Shown here: positions 42,750-44,522 of the stretch, piece after piece
Layout: each line of letters opens with the position of its first letter
How positions within the stretch are numbered: the first letter of the stretch is position 1
UHGV virus genome: UHGV-0217460
Direction: 5' to 3' (one strand)
DNA length: 44,522 bases
From: a virus
Notes under the pieces: generated by a model
Told to the model about the DNA's origin: nothing
What the model saw: the letters and a program-made list of their open reading frames with translations, nothing else
Database searches by the model: none
Position numbers and translations under genes: made by a program

Positions 42750-43187
42750 ATGACAGATGCAAAAAGGACAGCCGCAGAGCTATCAAATATGTATCATACA
42801 AATGACCCCATTGATCTCGCCGATCATCTGGGAGTATATACACAGGTTGGCCCTTTGGGTAAGATATACGGATGCTGTTTAACCATAGCGGGTGAACGCT
42901 TCATTTATATAAACAGCGATCTGGATAAGTCTACACAAAAGATGGTTGCGGCCCATGAGCTGGGTCACGCCGTAATGCATCAGGAAGATTACTTCTTTTT
43001 TAACTGGATGCCGGACAGCTTGCACCGGAACCGTGCAGAGATCGAAGCGCATACTTTTGCTGCTGAGTTGCTGGTACCGGACAGCGTTGTGTTGGAGCAT
43101 CCAGGTTTTACTTTAGCGCAGCTATCCGCATTAACCGGATACGCAGAAAATTTCTTAAAATTCAAAAAAGTAGGGGGAGTATTATGA
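42750..43187 (+). CDS. ImmA/IrrE-family zinc metallopeptidase (anti-repressor protease)
   Basis: HEXXH motif AHELGHAVMH, size ~145 aa, directly downstream of the XRE gene. Confidence 0.8.
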   Translation: MTDAKRTAAELSNMYHTNDPIDLADHLGVYTQVGPLGKIYGCCLTIAGERFIYINSDLDKSTQKMVAAHELGHAVMHQEDYFFFNWMPDSLHRNRAEIEAHTFAAELLVPDSVVLEHPGFTLAQLSALTGYAENFLKFKKVGGVL

Positions 43188-43633
43188 AGCTGAAATTGAA
43201 TCCTGACGAAAAAACTATATATCAATGCAAGCCGCACTGGATCGCGTTTGTTGTGCCTTCCATTGTAGCGATTTTCTTTTTTCTTTTGTTTGCGACAGAC
43301 TTAACAAATACAAGCAGCAGTGCAAGTTCCAATTTGACATTTTTTGTCATTTTTCTGTTATCGCTTGTCCCGATTATAAGGCTTAAAGCAATGATTTTGA
43401 TCTTGACTGATAAAAGAGTCTTTGGAAGAACCGGAATCGTAAAGACAAAGTCCTTAACTATGCCGTTAAACCAAGTTAACACTGTAAATTTAACGCACAG
43501 CGTGCTGGGAAGGATTTTGAAGTACGGAACGATCCAAATCAGTGCTGTAACCGGAGTGTACCGTTTCCCTAAAATGCAAAATCCAGAAGAAATGCAAAAT
43601 GCGATCATAAACAAAGTATCCAACAACAAATAA
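43184..43633 (+). CDS. Bacterial PH-domain (bPH_2/DUF304-like) membrane protein
   Basis: Two N-terminal TM segments followed by TDKRVFGRTGIVKTKSLTMPLNQVNTVNLTHSVLGRIL, which is bPH-like. ATGA overlap with ImmA. Confidence 0.55.
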   Translation: MKLKLNPDEKTIYQCKPHWIAFVVPSIVAIFFFLLFATDLTNTSSSASSNLTFFVIFLLSLVPIIRLKAMILILTDKRVFGRTGIVKTKSLTMPLNQVNTVNLTHSVLGRILKYGTIQISAVTGVYRFPKMQNPEEMQNAIINKVSNNK

Positions 43634-43793
43634 AAAACGCCCGGCGCTACCAACACCAGACGTTTTAGGAGTGTGATATTTCTATCACGAAACCTACACC
43701 CGTATAATATCACATTTCCAGGCAGTCACGCAAGATAAACCATGTAAAAATCTGGTGGCTGTATTTTTTATACCCAAAAAGGAGTGTGCGACT

Positions 43794-44522
43794 ATGGCAA
43801 AAGCAAAAAAATTACCCTCAGGATCATGGCGTGTACTGGTGTTTGACCACTACGAGCCTGTCTTAAATCCAGACGGAACACCCGTCATGCAAAACGGAAA
43901 ACCGAAACAAAAAAGAATATATCAGTCCTTTACGGATGATGACCCGTCAACCAAAGGACGCAAACGGGTCGAATTGGCAGCTGCACAATACATGGCAGAG
44001 AAAGATTCACGTGAAGCGGAAAGGCGCAACCAAGAGGCGAATATGACGCTTAGAGGGGCGGCAGAAAAATATATAGATCTGTGCAGAACATTGAAAAGGT
44101 CTCCGTCCACCATAGAAGACTATGAGTGTATCATGCGGAACGGGTTCCAGGATCTTTTTAACATGCGCCTGTGTGACATATCGGAAGATCTACTGCAAAA
44201 CGCCATAGCCAAAGAAGCGCAGAGGCCTGTCAACGGGAAGCCGGGTAAAACCCTTACAGCAAAGCGGCTGAAAAATGAATGGGGGTTTGTATCCTCTGTG
44301 CTGCACAAATACACAAACATCCGCACCGACAATCTGCAATTACCTACGCCAACGCAAAGAATGGTTGACCTGCCAGATGCAAAAACAGTAATGGACATAG
44401 TACGCGGCACCGAAATGGAGCTGCCGGTGCTGCTTGCAATGTGGCTGTCGTTCACGGCATCGGAGATCCGCGGTCTTACAAAATCCAAATCAATTAATGG
44501 TGATTACATAACAATAAAAGAG
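43794..44522 (+). CDS. Prophage tyrosine integrase (3' end beyond window)
   Basis: RBS AAGGAG. No stop before the window end. N-terminal MAKAKKLPSGSWRVLVFDHYEP and the SAM-like core-binding domain are typical of Firmicutes phage integrases. Terminal position next to the lysogeny module. Confidence 0.65.
   Translation, partial: MAKAKKLPSGSWRVLVFDHYEPVLNPDGTPVMQNGKPKQKRIYQSFTDDDPSTKGRKRVELAAAQYMAEKDSREAERRNQEANMTLRGAAEKYIDLCRTLKRSPSTIEDYECIMRNGFQDLFNMRLCDISEDLLQNAIAKEAQRPVNGKPGKTLTAKRLKNEWGFVSSVLHKYTNIRTDNLQLPTPTQRMVDLPDAKTVMDIVRGTEMELPVLLAMWLSFTASEIRGLTKSKSINGDYITIKE

Larger units (their letters stand above)
541..44522. mobile_element. Siphovirus-like prophage (lysis-tail-head-packaging-replication-lysogeny), right end beyond window
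   Basis: Contiguous co-oriented phage structural, packaging, replication and lysis genes. tRNA 3' fragment at 541-566 is a candidate attL. Lysogeny module and integrase lie at the right end. Confidence 0.8.

Overview
The window is almost entirely one siphovirus-like prophage of a low-GC Gram-positive (Clostridia-like) host. Nearly all of its genes are on the minus strand. From right to left the order is: a lysogeny module on the plus strand (XRE repressor 42354-42737, ImmA/IrrE metallopeptidase, a bPH-domain membrane protein, and a second integrase from 43794 running off the window end); a divergent early region on the minus strand (Xis-like HTH, small regulators, iteron-like repeats, Sipho_Gp157 plus an ERF recombinase, a PD-(D/E)XK resolvase-like nuclease, a replisome-organiser-like protein); a DNA-modification/accessory region (two orphan C5 cytosine methyltransferases, a truncated DUF262 protein, an array of tiny Zn-ribbon genes that share a conserved translation-initiation motif, and a nested Xer-like integrase with a PAPS-reductase-like cassette bounded by ~215-bp direct repeats); packaging and head genes (a TerS-TerL fusion terminase, portal, an HNH-AP2 homing endonuclease, MuF, scaffold, capsid); a terminator-bounded accessory transcription unit plus a tRNA-Met inserted inside the head module; head-tail joining genes interrupted by a holin-like/Zn-ribbon pair; tail genes (major tail protein, chaperones, a 952-aa tape measure, a tail fibre with an S74 intramolecular chaperone domain); an AT-rich two-gene moron; and a lysis module (XkdX-like protein and an M15 peptidase endolysin with CW_binding_1 repeats). 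At the left edge there is a 5'-truncated integrase of a neighbouring element, a 26-nt tRNA 3'-end fragment that is probably an att core, and a 24-bp direct repeat. All functional calls rest on motif recognition by eye. No database search was run.
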